From a virus (lineage: Duplodnaviria > Caudoviricetes), in the IMG/VR virus record IMGVR_UViG_3300013383_000027, positions 1 through 64,000 of that record: a stretch of DNA of 64,000 nucleotides; one strand, given 5' to 3'. The position numbers and the translations under genes are program-made. Of this stretch, positions 19,006 to 31,800 are shown one piece after another (the stretch's first letter is position 1; the number at the start of each line of letters is the position of its first letter). The notes under the pieces were generated by a model. It worked only from the letters and a program-made list of their open reading frames with translations. It ran no database searches and was not told the origin of the DNA.

Positions 19006-22000
19006 TCAGACCTCGTTTGTCATGATTATCGTCGTGTTCTGGTCGTCAATCGAACTCACCTTGTTGATTGTGACGGTCTCGCCTCCATCAATCGGCTTCG
19101 CGTACGTTATCCTCGTGAAGTCGTCCCAGTTGTACTTCTCGAATATCGGGTACAGCGTGAGGCTTATGTCGTCGTCCGAAGTCGGCTCGATGTGACCCAT
19201 GTCTGGATACATGACCGTGGACGACTCAGGATCCGTCGTCCACCCCTTGAACAGGTATCCGTCCTTCGTGAACATGTTCCTGCGGATCTCGAAGTACGGA
19301 ACGTCGTACCCGAGAGAAACCACCTGATCCGGCATCTCCCCCCCAAGGTCCTGATTGTTGACGAAGCGTATGGTCGCTGTCGGGTAAGCCTGCGCTATGA
19401 ACCGTATCGACTGCTCGTCTGTCCCGTAGACGGCGAACTCCAGTACGATATTGTTCGAGTCCTTCTCGATCAGCCTCCCGACGTTGTTCCCGTCCTGCTC
19501 TATCGGAATAGTCATCGTCAAGGACGGCTGTATTACCGAATGGTACATGCCGTCGAACCCAGAGCACGGGTGGTCGGTGTCGGCGTAGACCTTTAACGGA
19601 AGCGATGTCCCGTTGATCTGTATCGCCGTTATGCTCTTCAGGTTGAAGTGGCTCTGGTCGATGTAGATCCTGAGCCTCGTGTATTTCTCGTTCAGCTTGT
19701 TGTCCGTGACGGTGCCGTCTATGTTCTTCCTCTCGACCGTCGTGTCCTCGTAGCGGCAGTTCCCGAAACCCGCAACGTGGTTCATGTAGTACGTCATCGT
19801 CGTTGGGACGTGGATGAAGAACTCCATCTTGCCGTTGTTCCATCTCTTGACGATGTAGTCGAGCTTGAACGTGTCGAGCGTACCGATGTCCGTGTCGTTC
19901 ATCCTGTTGGCAAACCCACCGGAATAGACCTCTTTCGCAGCCTTTTTCTGAGTGAAGAAGTTTCTCACGCCGCCGCGTATGTACTGGTACTCGTCGTTGA
20001 ACTCTATCGACTGCGGGACGTTTGCGTATTTCGGTGGAAGCGTCACGTTCGTCATCGACGTGTCGGCGTGCTTGGCGATTTTCTGTATGAAGTCCTCGTC
20101 ACGGTGGTTTTCAGCTATGTGGTGGGCTTCTGCATGGTCGTAGAAGTCCTGAATCCACCTGTTGAACTCCTTGAACGACTGCGTGTTTATGTCGTCCCTG
20201 AGCTCGTATATGCTCTTCGTGTAGTACAGACCCCTCGACGTCGGAATGATGAAGTCCCTGTCCCCGACATTCAGTATCTGGTTGATCCTGAGGCTTTCCG
20301 GGAGCGTCTCAATAATGGGGTTGAATCCAATCAGGTCATTCGTCTCGAATATCCTCGTCCCCTGGTTAACATAGTACGACTTTCCGTCAGTGACCGTGTT
20401 GTTTCCGCTGCCGATTGCCGTGACTGGAAGGTTGATTCGGACACCGTACGACGTGTTGTAGTACGACCTTATCACGACATTGTCCCTGAAGAACTTGAAT
20501 CCACCGTAATAGCCTATCAGGAAGTTCGCGTCGTCAATCTTCAGGAAATGATACCCACCGTCAGCCTCGGAAGCGAGGTTGTTAAGGTTCTCGAGCTCGT
20601 TCCGGCATCCTCCGAAATGCCTGACACGACCAATTTCGCCAGTCTTTACAACGAACTGACCGACGACGTATACGACTGAATCGTTGTCATACTTGACAAT
20701 GTTAGAGATGTCGTCACCCGTCGTCTCGTTGCCGAACCTGAAGCCAATCCACTCGCCGTTCTGCTGGCTGTTGAATATGCAGCCGTCGTCAGAGACGGCA
20801 AGCAGGGTCTAGATTCCGAAATTGTTTTCTGGATTGACGATATACGTGCTTCGGAAGACGCTGAAGTTTCCTCTGTAGAACACGCTTCCATCCGAGACGT
20901 TGACGACTCCTGATTCGGTCAGCGCAAGCACCGAATCGTTCCCTCCGTCATCCTTGAAATGCTCAAGACCGAGAACCTTCGTTCCCGTGATGTGCGTATT
21001 CACGTATTTCGGAATGTTTGTGAACTCAGGCTTGTACGTCCTGTCTGAAGCAACGAACAGCGTACCGCCTCCGGACGTGGTTCTCCTTATTGTCAAATGG
21101 CTGTCCGTCGCAGATGTGAACGGAAGCTTGCCGCCTTCCTCTGTCATTAGTATCGAAATGCCGTTCGAGTATACGCAGTTACTTCCGTCGTCGAGAAACA
21201 CGCCAGAACCACTTCGTGTAATCCGCGTCATCTTCGAGTCAACCGGCATGTCGCATTCGTACAACCTGCGTGTGACCATCACGTCGCGGTTGTCTCCGTC
21301 TCCCTCCTGTACCTGAGTAATGTAGTTCTTTCCGTCTGCGTAATTCAACACGACGACCCGTGAACCGACCGTGGCGATGCTGTGGCAATCGTCAATGATG
21401 TCAGAATGTGTAAGGTCCAGTTGTATCGACGGATTAAGCTAGTAGATTCCGCCCGTCGTCGGAACGAACACGACATGTCCCCCGTCAACCATAACGTCAG
21501 ACACCTTTCCTGTCTGGACGATTCCACCCAGCGACCTTCGTGACAGTATCTTGTAATCCGAGCCTATGTTGATGTTCACGTATTCTGTGTCCGTGAATGC
21601 AATCAGCGTTCCGGAGTTGGCATATATCCTCCGTATTCCGTTGACCCCGCTTGGTGTTATGTCAGTCCACCTGTACGTTCCCTTGAAATTGGAAATCGCT
21701 GGACACGTGTACACCGCTCCGTCAGCGACACAGTACGCGGCTGAATCCGTAACGGCGATTGAAGTGACGTTCTTCGTTCCAAGCGCACTATCCTTCTTCG
21801 GGTCGCTTGAGAACATGACGAACTGGCACTTCATCGGTCTCTCATCAATTCCGGTGGCGTCAAGTACTAAGTTGACAACCTTGTTCTCGTTTCCGTTTAC
21901 AAGCTTTACCTGTGACTGCGCGAGGAATACTCCGTTTGTCCTGTCATATCTCGTCTTGTCAAGATCTTGATATATCGTCTCAATGTTCGCTCCGTCGATC

Positions 22001-25000
22001 TTGTAGACCCCAAACGCACCTCTGTTGTTGCCCTTGAAGAATATCCCCCCTTCGGTGAAGATTTCCTCTGCGTTGAGATCCTCGCGCCATTTACCCTGAA
22101 GGGAACCCGAAAACGAATACTTGCAGAATCCCTTTTCCGTCGCCACATAGACATAGTTCCCGTCGACGGCGAAGTCGTTGACTCCTACACCAAGCTCAGG
22201 TGATAGTCTGTTAAAGGACGTCAGAACAACTCCCGTCGTCGGAAGCCCAGGATACTCCATCAGTGCGTCGCCGGAAAGCACAAGAAGCTTGCTCCCGGCT
22301 ATTCCGACTCTCCTTAGCTCTGTTTTGCTGGACAATATAAGCGCTTCACTTGTCTGGTAGTTTATCCTATTCAGGCTGTATGTCGTTCCGCTCTTCCTGA
22401 TTACATACGAACCGGTAAGAGTGTCAAGCGCATAGAGATCTCTTATGGCCAGATCAACGGTGTCCTTCAGGTTGTTCTGACTGGTCTGCCACCACGGATA
22501 GTCGATCAGGTCGTTCGTTGTCCTGATTCCTCCACTTGTCAATACAAGCGCACTTTTTGCTCCTGTACGAATGACCCGGCGGATCGTCTCAGAACTGCTG
22601 ATGCTTCCCATTTTGTGTGTCTTGAACGAATACCTGTCTTCTGCCTCTGGATCGTCAACTATTCCAGTTGCGACGTGATATTCTCCACCCTTGGAGTAGA
22701 TCATCATGATGTTGCTGTCACACGATACATCAGTTGGATATGTCGACGCAAAGATCCCGGTTCCACCCACAGTAGCATCGTCATCGTTTGAAAACGAGTC
22801 CTCGAAATACACCGCTGTCGTGGCCGTATAAAGACCGTCAGACGCTCCTATCAGCTTCACCAGACCATTTGATGCCGACAGATCTGCCATGTCGTTCACC
22901 TGTCTTCCGCCCAGGTAGGGACCATCGACATACTCAAGCGTTGCGTCAATCTCGTAATATCCGCTGTCCGTTCCGATGTAGTTCTGGGGAATCTCTCCTG
23001 GAATGGATGTGCATGCGCATTTCAGAGAGCGGCTCGTCAATCCACCAAACGTATTGACGACACCTCCGGTCTTTGGATCTATCTGGGTCCAGTTTCCGCT
23101 TCCAGCTGCGTTCCTGATGCAGCAAACCCCGCTTCCGAAGTAGTGTACCTGAGACACGTTCCCGAAGCCAGATCCGAGCAGGGATTCGTATTCTGGATTT
23201 GAGACAATCTGATAGTCTCCGACGTTTCCAAGCGACCGCAGGACACCACCTGAGATGACGAGCAGAGAGTTTGCCATGGCATACGCAGCCGTAACTTCAT
23301 CGTCAAACTCAAACCTTGACATCATCCGGCGTCCTGTCATCAGGTATACGTATTTCCCGCCGTATGCGTATGCATGGTTTCCAAAACTTGCCACTACATC
23401 ACACCCTCCGACACCCTGAATGTACGTTGCCAGACCGCCGTCAAGCACCGCTACTCCACTGTTTGTTGCAACATACATCGGGGTTGTCGAAACCACGTCT
23501 TCTGTTTCTGACTCCTGTGCAGTCATTATCGTCGCGACATCGTTTATCCTCGTCGAGACATCTGGAAACTGGAATAACTGCTCGAGCTTTCCACCTACAA
23601 CCTGATACAGTATCGGATTGTCATCGAACGAGACCAATGTCCTCCCGACGTCATTCTTCATCATCCGGAGCGTGTTGCTGTTCAGCCTCGAGTCAACGGT
23701 CGAATCGTTCGGAATGAGCATCATCGACTCTCTGATGAGGTATTCGTCAACCCCATCGTTGCGACCAACGTGAAGACCCCCGGAATAGTCCGTGTCAAAG
23801 TCCTCCTCGCGGTCAAAGCATGTCGGATTCGTCCCGTTACTCAGGCGATACCACTTTCCGATGCTGTTTACATTGGCGTAGTACACGGAATTCCCTTCGA
23901 CTGCGGCGAAGATGAATGCTCCGCGAGCCGATATGTCAGCTATCTTTCCATTGTCAAGGTCCGAAATGCCACTTTGAATCTTCTCAAATGTCATTTCCAG
24001 GCGATTCCTGACATACAGTCCAGCATCCGTTCCGCAGAGAATCGGGAAATATTCGGAATCAGCCCCGACTATCTCATCCATGAACGCCATGACCCTGCTG
24101 ACGTTCATTCCGCTTGAACTCGGAACGATTTCTGGTCCCACATTTCCGTTTGTGCACTCGTACAGTCCGCCACTCGTTCCGATGTACAATGCACTGTTGT
24201 CCTCGGTCACGTCGTGTATCGCCACGCCTATCTTCGTGAAATCGGCAACCACATCCTGGTTCAGCGGGTTGTACTCGCCGTACGACTGCTGAATCCTGTC
24301 ATAGCCTCCGACGACAATCCTGTTCTCCTCGGGTTGCGAGCCGATGTGCATGATGTCGCTTGCCGACGTCACGTCGCGTTCCCTTCTGAGGTTCTCCCCG
24401 TCAAACGAAGAAAGACCGGTGTTCTCACCCCTATCGTTGAGAAGGAACATCTCTCCATCTATCACATCGATTTTCGTCACCTGGATGCCGTCGACAAGCA
24501 GGTTCCACGAAAGCGTGTCGCCGTTATCTCGCAGACCATAAAGACCACCATCCGTACCGATGTAATATTCACACCCATTCAACCAGTTGTCGGACTCTAT
24601 CCTGTTTCCGTAATCGTCGTTGATGTAATAACAGAAAACGTTCGTTCCGCCGAGACTTCCGAAAATCCGATTTCCATTCCCGTCTGTCCTGTCGAATCTG
24701 GACAAGTCGAAGTTCTGTCCGGACGCATACAGCCCATCGCTCGTTCCGACTATGTACCTCGACTTGTACTCAAACACGAAATTAACCTGGAGATTTTCCA
24801 AGCCTGCCGAAGACGACAGGGTAGACGGATCGGAAAGGGGGATGTCGTACTTCTGGAGTATTGAAAGCTGCGATTCGCCGAGACCTCCAAACACCTTGTA
24901 TCCATTCTCCCTTGTCGCAAGGTTCTCGTCTCCGCCGGAAAGATTTGGACCGTCGGCGTATCCTCTCCGTACAACCGCCAACCTCTCGTTGAATAGGTCG

Positions 25001-25146
25001 TTGTCGGTCATCTTCTAAAAAGCGTTATTTATCGAGGTGTAGATTATTTGGTTAGCCTTGAGGGATATGCCGGAACCGTCCCTGTTTGGAAGGGTTGTCT
25101 TCCTGTCTATTCCAAGCCTTACATTCTTTACCTTCAAGTTGTTCAT
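19006..25146 (-). CDS. Giant virion protein (~2046 aa) with beta-propeller repeats and a Listeria-Bacteroides-type repeat; 3 in-frame TAG
   Basis: The frame is open from ATG 25146 (ATGA overlap) to TGA 19006 except for TAG at 25015, 21439 and 20809. More than 10 repeats of the YIGTxxGLY type, and FTKDGYLFKGWTT near the C-terminus. Confidence 0.8.
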
Positions 25147-26225
25147 TTGTCACACCTTCCGACTATCTGGCACCTGAATACAAGATTCGGATCAATCGCT
25201 ATCTGCCTGACGTCCCTCTCCGAGAACTCAGGCTTTATGTACAGGGCGGTTATCGTTCCCTTCATCTTGTTCACATACACGATGTCATTTACCGACTTCT
25301 CGGGCTTGTCAGTGAAAACCATGTACGACACGTCCCTGAACGGAACAGGAAGGACTATCTTTCCGGCATATGCGTTCTGCTGCTTGTTGATGTTCCTGTA
25401 TGTCACGCCGTTCGCGACGAAATCCTCCGTTCCGTCCTGCTGAAATATCTCATAGTCCGAATCCTCCATGAAATACAGCCTGTTCTCCTGATACTCGTCA
25501 GAGGAAAGCGGAACCTCAACGCCATAGGAGTTCTCGATTGACAAGGTGTTAGCCACTATCGTCTCCGAATCGACATATCCGACCCTGTACCTTATGTCAT
25601 ACTCGAGAAGCCCGTTGTCCCACTTCCTGTAGAACCCGCCGACTATCACGCCATCAGGCTTCAGGTTCACTGTCTCGTACGGGAATATGATCCTGCTCCT
25701 GCCCCTGTTCCTATTCGTTAGGTCGGACTTCATCACCTTCCGCTCGTACTCCTGGACTGACGAGAGCGTCCCGAAATGGTGATATGTGTCGGACTGGTCG
25801 TGACCGTACGTGATGTCGTGCGACAGCCGTTCCTAGACATACCTTCCGAGATACGTGTTGTAGAGAGAGCTGAACTTGCACTGGTCGCTCCATCCCGAGC
25901 CCGTGAACGATTCCGTCCCGTCTGTCAGGGTCTCCCTTTTCGGGGGCGTCGTGTTCCCGTCCGTCATGGACTTGAGTATGTACAGGTCGATATCACCCGT
26001 CGTGTCGTTGTATTCCCTGAACCACACGGTCTCGTCCTTGGAATACGTCTGACCCTCGACGAAGGCACGTATCCTCGCGACGTTCGAGTAGTTCTGCTGA
26101 TATTCCTCAATCCTTGTGTCGTTGTCGAGCAGCCTCTTGAAGTTCCTGTTGAGCGAAGCCCTCGTCATCGGCTCGTTGCCGGTGACGTCGTTTCCGACGA
26201 CGTTCCCTATGATTGTCCTGCTCAT
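25143..26225 (-). CDS. Tail/baseplate-associated structural protein (360 aa); 1 in-frame TAG
   Basis: Track ORFs 25833-26225 and 25143-25736 join through GRYV*ERLSH. ATGA overlaps at both ends. Confidence 0.7.
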
Positions 26226-27442
26226 CTTCTGACAAACCCTTTCGTGGAGAACGAGAAATACTCGGGAATCTTCCTTGCGTTTGAGTCGACTGAAATCGAG
26301 AATCCTCCCGTCCTGACGTTTATCAGGCTGTACGTCAGGAAGTTCTGCTCCGACGACAGTATGGTGTCCGGATACGGACCGTCGGAAACGTCGATTATCT
26401 CAAACGAACTAACGTCGCCGGTCGTCGTGACAACTATCGTGGAGAGACCTGTGTCCGGATCGGTCTCCTTTATCCTCGTCGTCTTGTAGTGCCTGTCCAC
26501 CGAGAGCTCGAACCCGAACGGGGATACGCATATCGTGTAGTCGGCGTTGAGATACCTGTAGTCCGATGGGAACGACACGACGGCGACACCGTTCGAGCCG
26601 ACCGCTACCGTCCCGTCGTTTTCAACAAGACCCGAGTTCCATTTCCTTGACCTGAACTTCGCTATGTGCATTCTGTTCAGTTCCGGAAGGTTCAGGGTAT
26701 CGACATCGAGGTTCGGATACGTTATGTCGGTCGATATCATGCAATCGTACCCGGAAACCGAATAGTCTGGCTCGTAGCTTCCGTACCTCTGGAGGGTCAC
26801 GTTTCCGAAGTCCTTCAGCAGCCTGTCATCAGTGTTCAGGGACGACAGGTTCATGTGATATGCGCTCAGGTGGTTGTCTATGAGGGTTGACATCGTGTTG
26901 CAGAGCTGCGCATCGACGACATCCGACACCTCGTCCATTCTTGCGAACACGCTCTTCCAGTACCTGTCGTCGGTGACTGGATGCTTGTTGTCGTCAACTC
27001 TCGAAATCCTGATCTGGGTAGCCCTCTCCTGGTCCCCGAGGTAAAACAGGGCTGAAAGGGGATGAGCCATTCCATCGGTATAGTAACCGCTCAGGATGTT
27101 CCTATACAAAGAGATTTGGGATGGATCCTCCGAAAGCGGCTTTATAGAATTCCCGATGTACGGGTTGTTCACACCGTAGTTATAGATCGTGTCAGCCTTG
27201 GCGGTTATGAACGACTGCTCGTTCTCCGTGTTGAGCCAGCATGCATCACCCTTCGAATACCCCCTTATGGTCTGATCGTTGTACCACCTGCATTCCCATA
27301 TCGTCGGGGCGAGTCCAACGTCTCCACCAATATAGAAATCGTTCCTCAAGAGCTTCGCGAATATCCCGTTCAATACCTGCTCGTTCTTCTTCTGAGAAGG
27401 GTGAATTGTAACGTCTGTCGCGGACGGAAACGGAATATCCAT
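26222..27442 (-). CDS. Tail fibre-like structural protein (406 aa)
   Basis: C-terminal FRSRKWNSGLVENDGTV...VVSFP pattern like fibre-tip lectin domains. Overlaps both neighbours. Confidence 0.6.
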   Translation of the reverse strand: MDIPFPSATDVTIHPSQKKNEQVLNGIFAKLLRNDFYIGGDVGLAPTIWECRWYNDQTIRGYSKGDACWLNTENEQSFITAKADTIYNYGVNNPYIGNSIKPLSEDPSQISLYRNILSGYYTDGMAHPLSALFYLGDQERATQIRISRVDDNKHPVTDDRYWKSVFARMDEVSDVVDAQLCNTMSTLIDNHLSAYHMNLSSLNTDDRLLKDFGNVTLQRYGSYEPDYSVSGYDCMISTDITYPNLDVDTLNLPELNRMHIAKFRSRKWNSGLVENDGTVAVGSNGVAVVSFPSDYRYLNADYTICVSPFGFELSVDRHYKTTRIKETDPDTGLSTIVVTTTGDVSSFEIIDVSDGPYPDTILSSEQNFLTYSLINVRTGGFSISVDSNARKIPEYFSFSTKGFVRR

Positions 27443-28620
27443 CAGTTCACCTCCACATCGAACAGGTGTGTGTTAACTGGACATATGCTTTCTGTCAGTT
27501 CGCGTATCTTGTTCCTAATGTCCTGCTTCAACATCTCGCGCATCCTAACGTTCTTCTCGCTGTACATGTCTCCTCCGGAGAAGTTTGTCGAGTCAAGTCC
27601 CATCTGGTTTATCCGCACCGAATAGAAGTTTGACCTGTGAACATTCTGTGTGTTGAACCTGTTGATAGACTGTATAACCTCCACCTTCTGGTATGTCCTC
27701 TTTCCAATCGTCTTAACCATGTGCACGGATGTCGGCTCTCCGTCCGACGAGATTCCTGGAGTGTAGCCTATATTATCATAGTACTTCAGGTATGTCAGAC
27801 CTCCGCAAGTTCCTATTCCACAGTATTCCCTGCATCCAGAAAACCTCATTCCGTCTCTAATGTCAATCGAATACGTCGAATCATATGTGTTTTTCCCAAG
27901 AAACACGTCGCCCTGTATGTCGCCGGAATCATAATCGTTGTACGTGTCGGAGTTCAGTGGAACCTCATACAAACAGTTGTATACAATGCCGTCGGCGTTT
28001 CTCACCGGGACGAACAATTCCTGAGCCAATTCGGACGAAATCGAAGGATTCAGTTCAAGATACTGCCCATATGACGACAGTTGCATTCCTGTCTCTTCAG
28101 AAAGATCGGTAAGCGTCCTATACAAGTACGTCCCGATGCTCCTTCCGCTGTCGACCATCTCCCTATACGAATAGTCGTTTACCTCTTCGTTCGACTTGAG
28201 ATCCTCCCTGCGCTCCTCGAGATTCGTCCCCTTGACATTCGGCTGCTCGGTGTCACTGTCCGCAAGACCGTATGCATAATCTCCGTTCTGTGAGAACCCA
28301 AGCGGGTTTTTCTTCATCTGTGGAGCGTATATGTCAATGAAATTGTCCGATTTCCCGCGTTCACCATCAATTGTCGCCTTGTAAACCTTGCTCTTCAGTG
28401 CAACGTCGCGTATGTCGAAGAGAGGGTATATAACATCTCCACCAGAAAGGGTCTCATATGCATACTTGTTATAGTGGTCAAACCAGCCTTTCCTGTCGGT
28501 TCCGACGACAAGCGTCACGTTGGGCTCAAGTTTCCCGTCCCTTGAGATGTCAACGTTTATCAGCGACTGGGTTTTACCTGAAACAACGTAATTCAACTAC
28601 TCGATACCAATACGCGCCAT
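27442..28620 (-). CDS. Baseplate-region structural protein (392 aa); 1 in-frame TAG
   Basis: True start MARIGIE*LNYVVSG at 28620, 6 nt after a GTAAATA motif. Confidence 0.7.
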
Positions 28621-28626
28621 CCCCCT

Positions 28627-28633
28627 TATTTAC
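28627..28633 (-). promoter_or_regulatory. GTAAATA late-promoter motif
   Basis: AAACCGTAAATAAGGGGG-ATG. Confidence 0.6.
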
Positions 28634-28687
28634 GGTTTTGAGTAGGTGGCAATACATGGTCGAGGATGTTCAAAACGTCTTCTGGAA

Positions 28688-28858
28688 TTATCCGTCAAGA
28701 CCGATTTTCAGAAAGTCAAGTATAACCTTAAGCGATACCTTCCTTCCGCTGTACGTCCCATTTGTATTCTTCTTCACGACATAGAGGAAATCGTCAAGCG
28801 TAAGGTCGCTCGCCTGCTAAATCTCTGTCATTGCAGATACCATCTGTCCTGTAGCCAT
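28688..28858 (-). CDS. Small protein (56 aa) with the fibre-type N-terminal motif; 1 in-frame TAG
   Basis: MATGQMVSAMTEI*QASDLTLDDFLYVVKKNTNGTYSGRKVSLKVILDFLKIGLDG-TAA. ATG lies 1 nt after the upstream TAA. Confidence 0.55.
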
Positions 28859-28859
28859 T

Positions 28860-31800
28860 TTACTTCACTTTCCTTTTCTTTGTATTTCCAGCCCTCTTTA
28901 AAACGGTTTTACGTTTCTTGACGTTCTCCGGTTTTGTTGTGGAAAGTCTCGTACGTGTTTTTCTCGATCCAGTCTCAACCCCTATTGCGGTGAACGTATC
29001 CGTATTCTCGGACACAAGATACGTAAACCTTGTCCCGTTTACAGCATTTTCTTCCTTGTCAGAGTCTTCAGTAAGAATTGCATAGTCGATTTCTGGAACC
29101 TCGAACGGAATCGTGAGATTCCTTCTCTTCAACTCGTCGGAGACATTTGCCCTCGACAACGACTTTCCTGGTCTTCCGATGTTATTGTCGATGTCGTTCT
29201 CCGTAATGAGGTGACCAATCATCGATCTGTTTCCTACAAAGAAGAACTCGATCTTTCCGGGATGAATGATTGTCTAGATGCTGTTCCCGAACTCATCTAT
29301 TGTCCACCCTTTCACAAGATCTATGTAGACCTAAGCTCGTTCTGTGCCAGAATCGACCTTATACCCAGGGTGCATAATAAATGTAATGTATGCATCTTCA
29401 GTGTTCTCATTGGATTTAAACTCGACATACCCATCACCAAAATTTGTTATCTCACATCCGACCGTCTTCGGCTTTCCATCGTTTCCGTATGACAGCTCTA
29501 TCAGTCCATTCTGATGGTCGTACATGAAGTATGCCCCGAACTCCCTGGGGTCAGCTCCGCATATGTCCTCTATGTGTACCTTAAACTCGATATCCCTCGA
29601 GGTGTGGAACGTCGCATCAAGCGCGTTATCAATACTGAGCTCCTGACTTTCCGCGATTATATGCGATCTGACACCGCTTCCGGTGAAGTCTATGTAATCA
29701 AGCCTTCCAGGTCCTTCTAGAGTCTTCCTTAGAACGAACTTCGGCTTGTCGTCCGATACGTTCGTTATCTCATATGAGGCGAATACCGCCGTCCTCTGCC
29801 CGATCAACTGCTTGTTGTGGTTGAAAACCTTGAACTGTAGGATTATGTCGAGCTTTCCGGTCTATCCGGATTCGACCTTCAGGTATGTAGAGTCAATGTA
29901 CATGGCGCACGTGTCGCCAGTCGTCTTACTCCTAAACACATACGGCGTGTTGAAGAGGTTGTTGCAGTTGAAGTAAAGAGTCCTGTCTGCGTCATAAGAG
30001 ACGAACATGTTGAAGAACTCGTCAAGCTATCCGACTGAAAGCTCATATTCTGCATATCCAACACCAACCGCAATGTCGTTGCTCTCAGTTGCCCCACCGA
30101 AAAGACCGTACTTTACGCTGAGTTCTTCCTAAACCTCCGAAAATGTGCTTCCGTACAGGCTCGACAGCCAGATGCCGGTTCCGTCGTCGGAACTCATCGC
30201 ATCAGACGAAACCGTCGCCGTATCCGAGAACTTCATGTACTGGGCGAACTCCCTGTCGTCCTCTTCAATTGAATACATGACACTAAGGTAATCCTCGTAT
30301 ACCCTTGTCTCCTCATCAAGAGCTATATCAAGCGGTATCTTTACCTTAGTAAGCGTCTTCACCATCTCAGGGGAGGTCACCTGTACGATATAGGTATTAG
30401 ATATGCTGAACACACCGGACGACGAGTACTGTATATTAAGCTTGTCGCTGAGTTCTGTGTCCTTGTCAGTCGGTCCTATCTCGTAATACTCGAACGGGAA
30501 ATCGTAGTCCCTCGTCGGGAAGTTCTCGTCAGCCTTGAACGAGAGAACTTTCTACTTGAACTTTCCGGTCAGTACACTGAGTCCGTCGAACTTCGTGTAG
30601 TCGGATGATCCGGGTCTTGCCCCGTCGTACACACGACCGCTGAGAATCGGTATCTCTGACAGGTCATCATATCTGAAAAACGGATACATCGCAAGTTCTG
30701 GTCCGTCCTTCATTATCCTCTCGGTAACCCTGCAGTTCCTGAACGTATCAAGGAAATGGTACTGCTCGAAGTTCTCAAGCATTCCGGCATGGAAGATGTA
30801 CAGCTTGAGCTGACCCTTCTTGATTATTGTGTTTCCACGAAGCTCATCTGGAACATGGTCTCCGGTGTCGACATAGAACCTGAACGTCAGCGTCTTGCTG
30901 GGGAGATTCACATCGACATCAACTCCGGAAATGTTGAATATGTGGTTCGACTCGTCGTTATATGACCTCGTTTCGTCCGTGAAGCAGTTCTATATTCCAC
31001 CGACTTCAATGATCTGTCCGCCATATGCGCGATTCTCATAGTAGTCCTTGTCGAACTTCGTCGGTTCAATATTGTACCACAGGGATTCCTTCAGGTTAGA
31101 CAACGTTCCGTTGAAGATTGGATTCCTGTTCGACGTCTGTCTGTTCAGGAGGACGCACTGGTATTCGCCGAGTATGTCCTACTTGAGATCCGAAAGGCTT
31201 ACTACCCACTCGTAATAGGGTTTGTTTCCTCCGTGAAGCTTCAACAGACCGAACGACGGGCTGGACTCAATCTTTGCAGACCTCGTCCCATTCTCCGTGT
31301 AGTCCTCATATACACGAAACGCACCATCCCCGAGCAATTCTTCCGTGGATACGTCCGTTAAGTACTCAATTTCACCCTGGATGTAGGACTTCAGATTCTG
31401 TTCCTTTTTTGCCACGAGTTCCTTCAGTTCCCTGTTGTCGTATCCGAGAAGCTCGAACGAAAAGAAGTCCGCACTTGAGTATTCTGGGACGATGTGCGTC
31501 TTAATCCTTCCGTCCTCTCCGCTATAGAGAGGAATGTAGGATATATCTCCGTTGAGGTTGTGATGTCTGACGTCAACCGTCCTGCTCACAATGTCATAGC
31601 CCACAACATCGAACTGCACTGTTGTCACATGCTTGTTGAAATAGTCTATTGATGTCTCTGCGTCCTCCGCATCAACCGAACTCTCGTATAACCGCATCTT
31701 TCCTTCCGCAAGGCTGTCATCGGAATTCCTCCCTACGAAGTTGCATATCTCTCCATGATCCTTGTTGTTCGGTTCCGTCAGGAATGCGAAGACGAAGTGA

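Noticed and set aside
28630-28980. Possible frameshifts around the Lys/Arg-rich end of the gp7-like gene and the small downstream ORF
   Set aside because: Alternative frames look protein-like but contain TAA, and no clear slippery site is present. This cannot be separated from an assembly error without reads.
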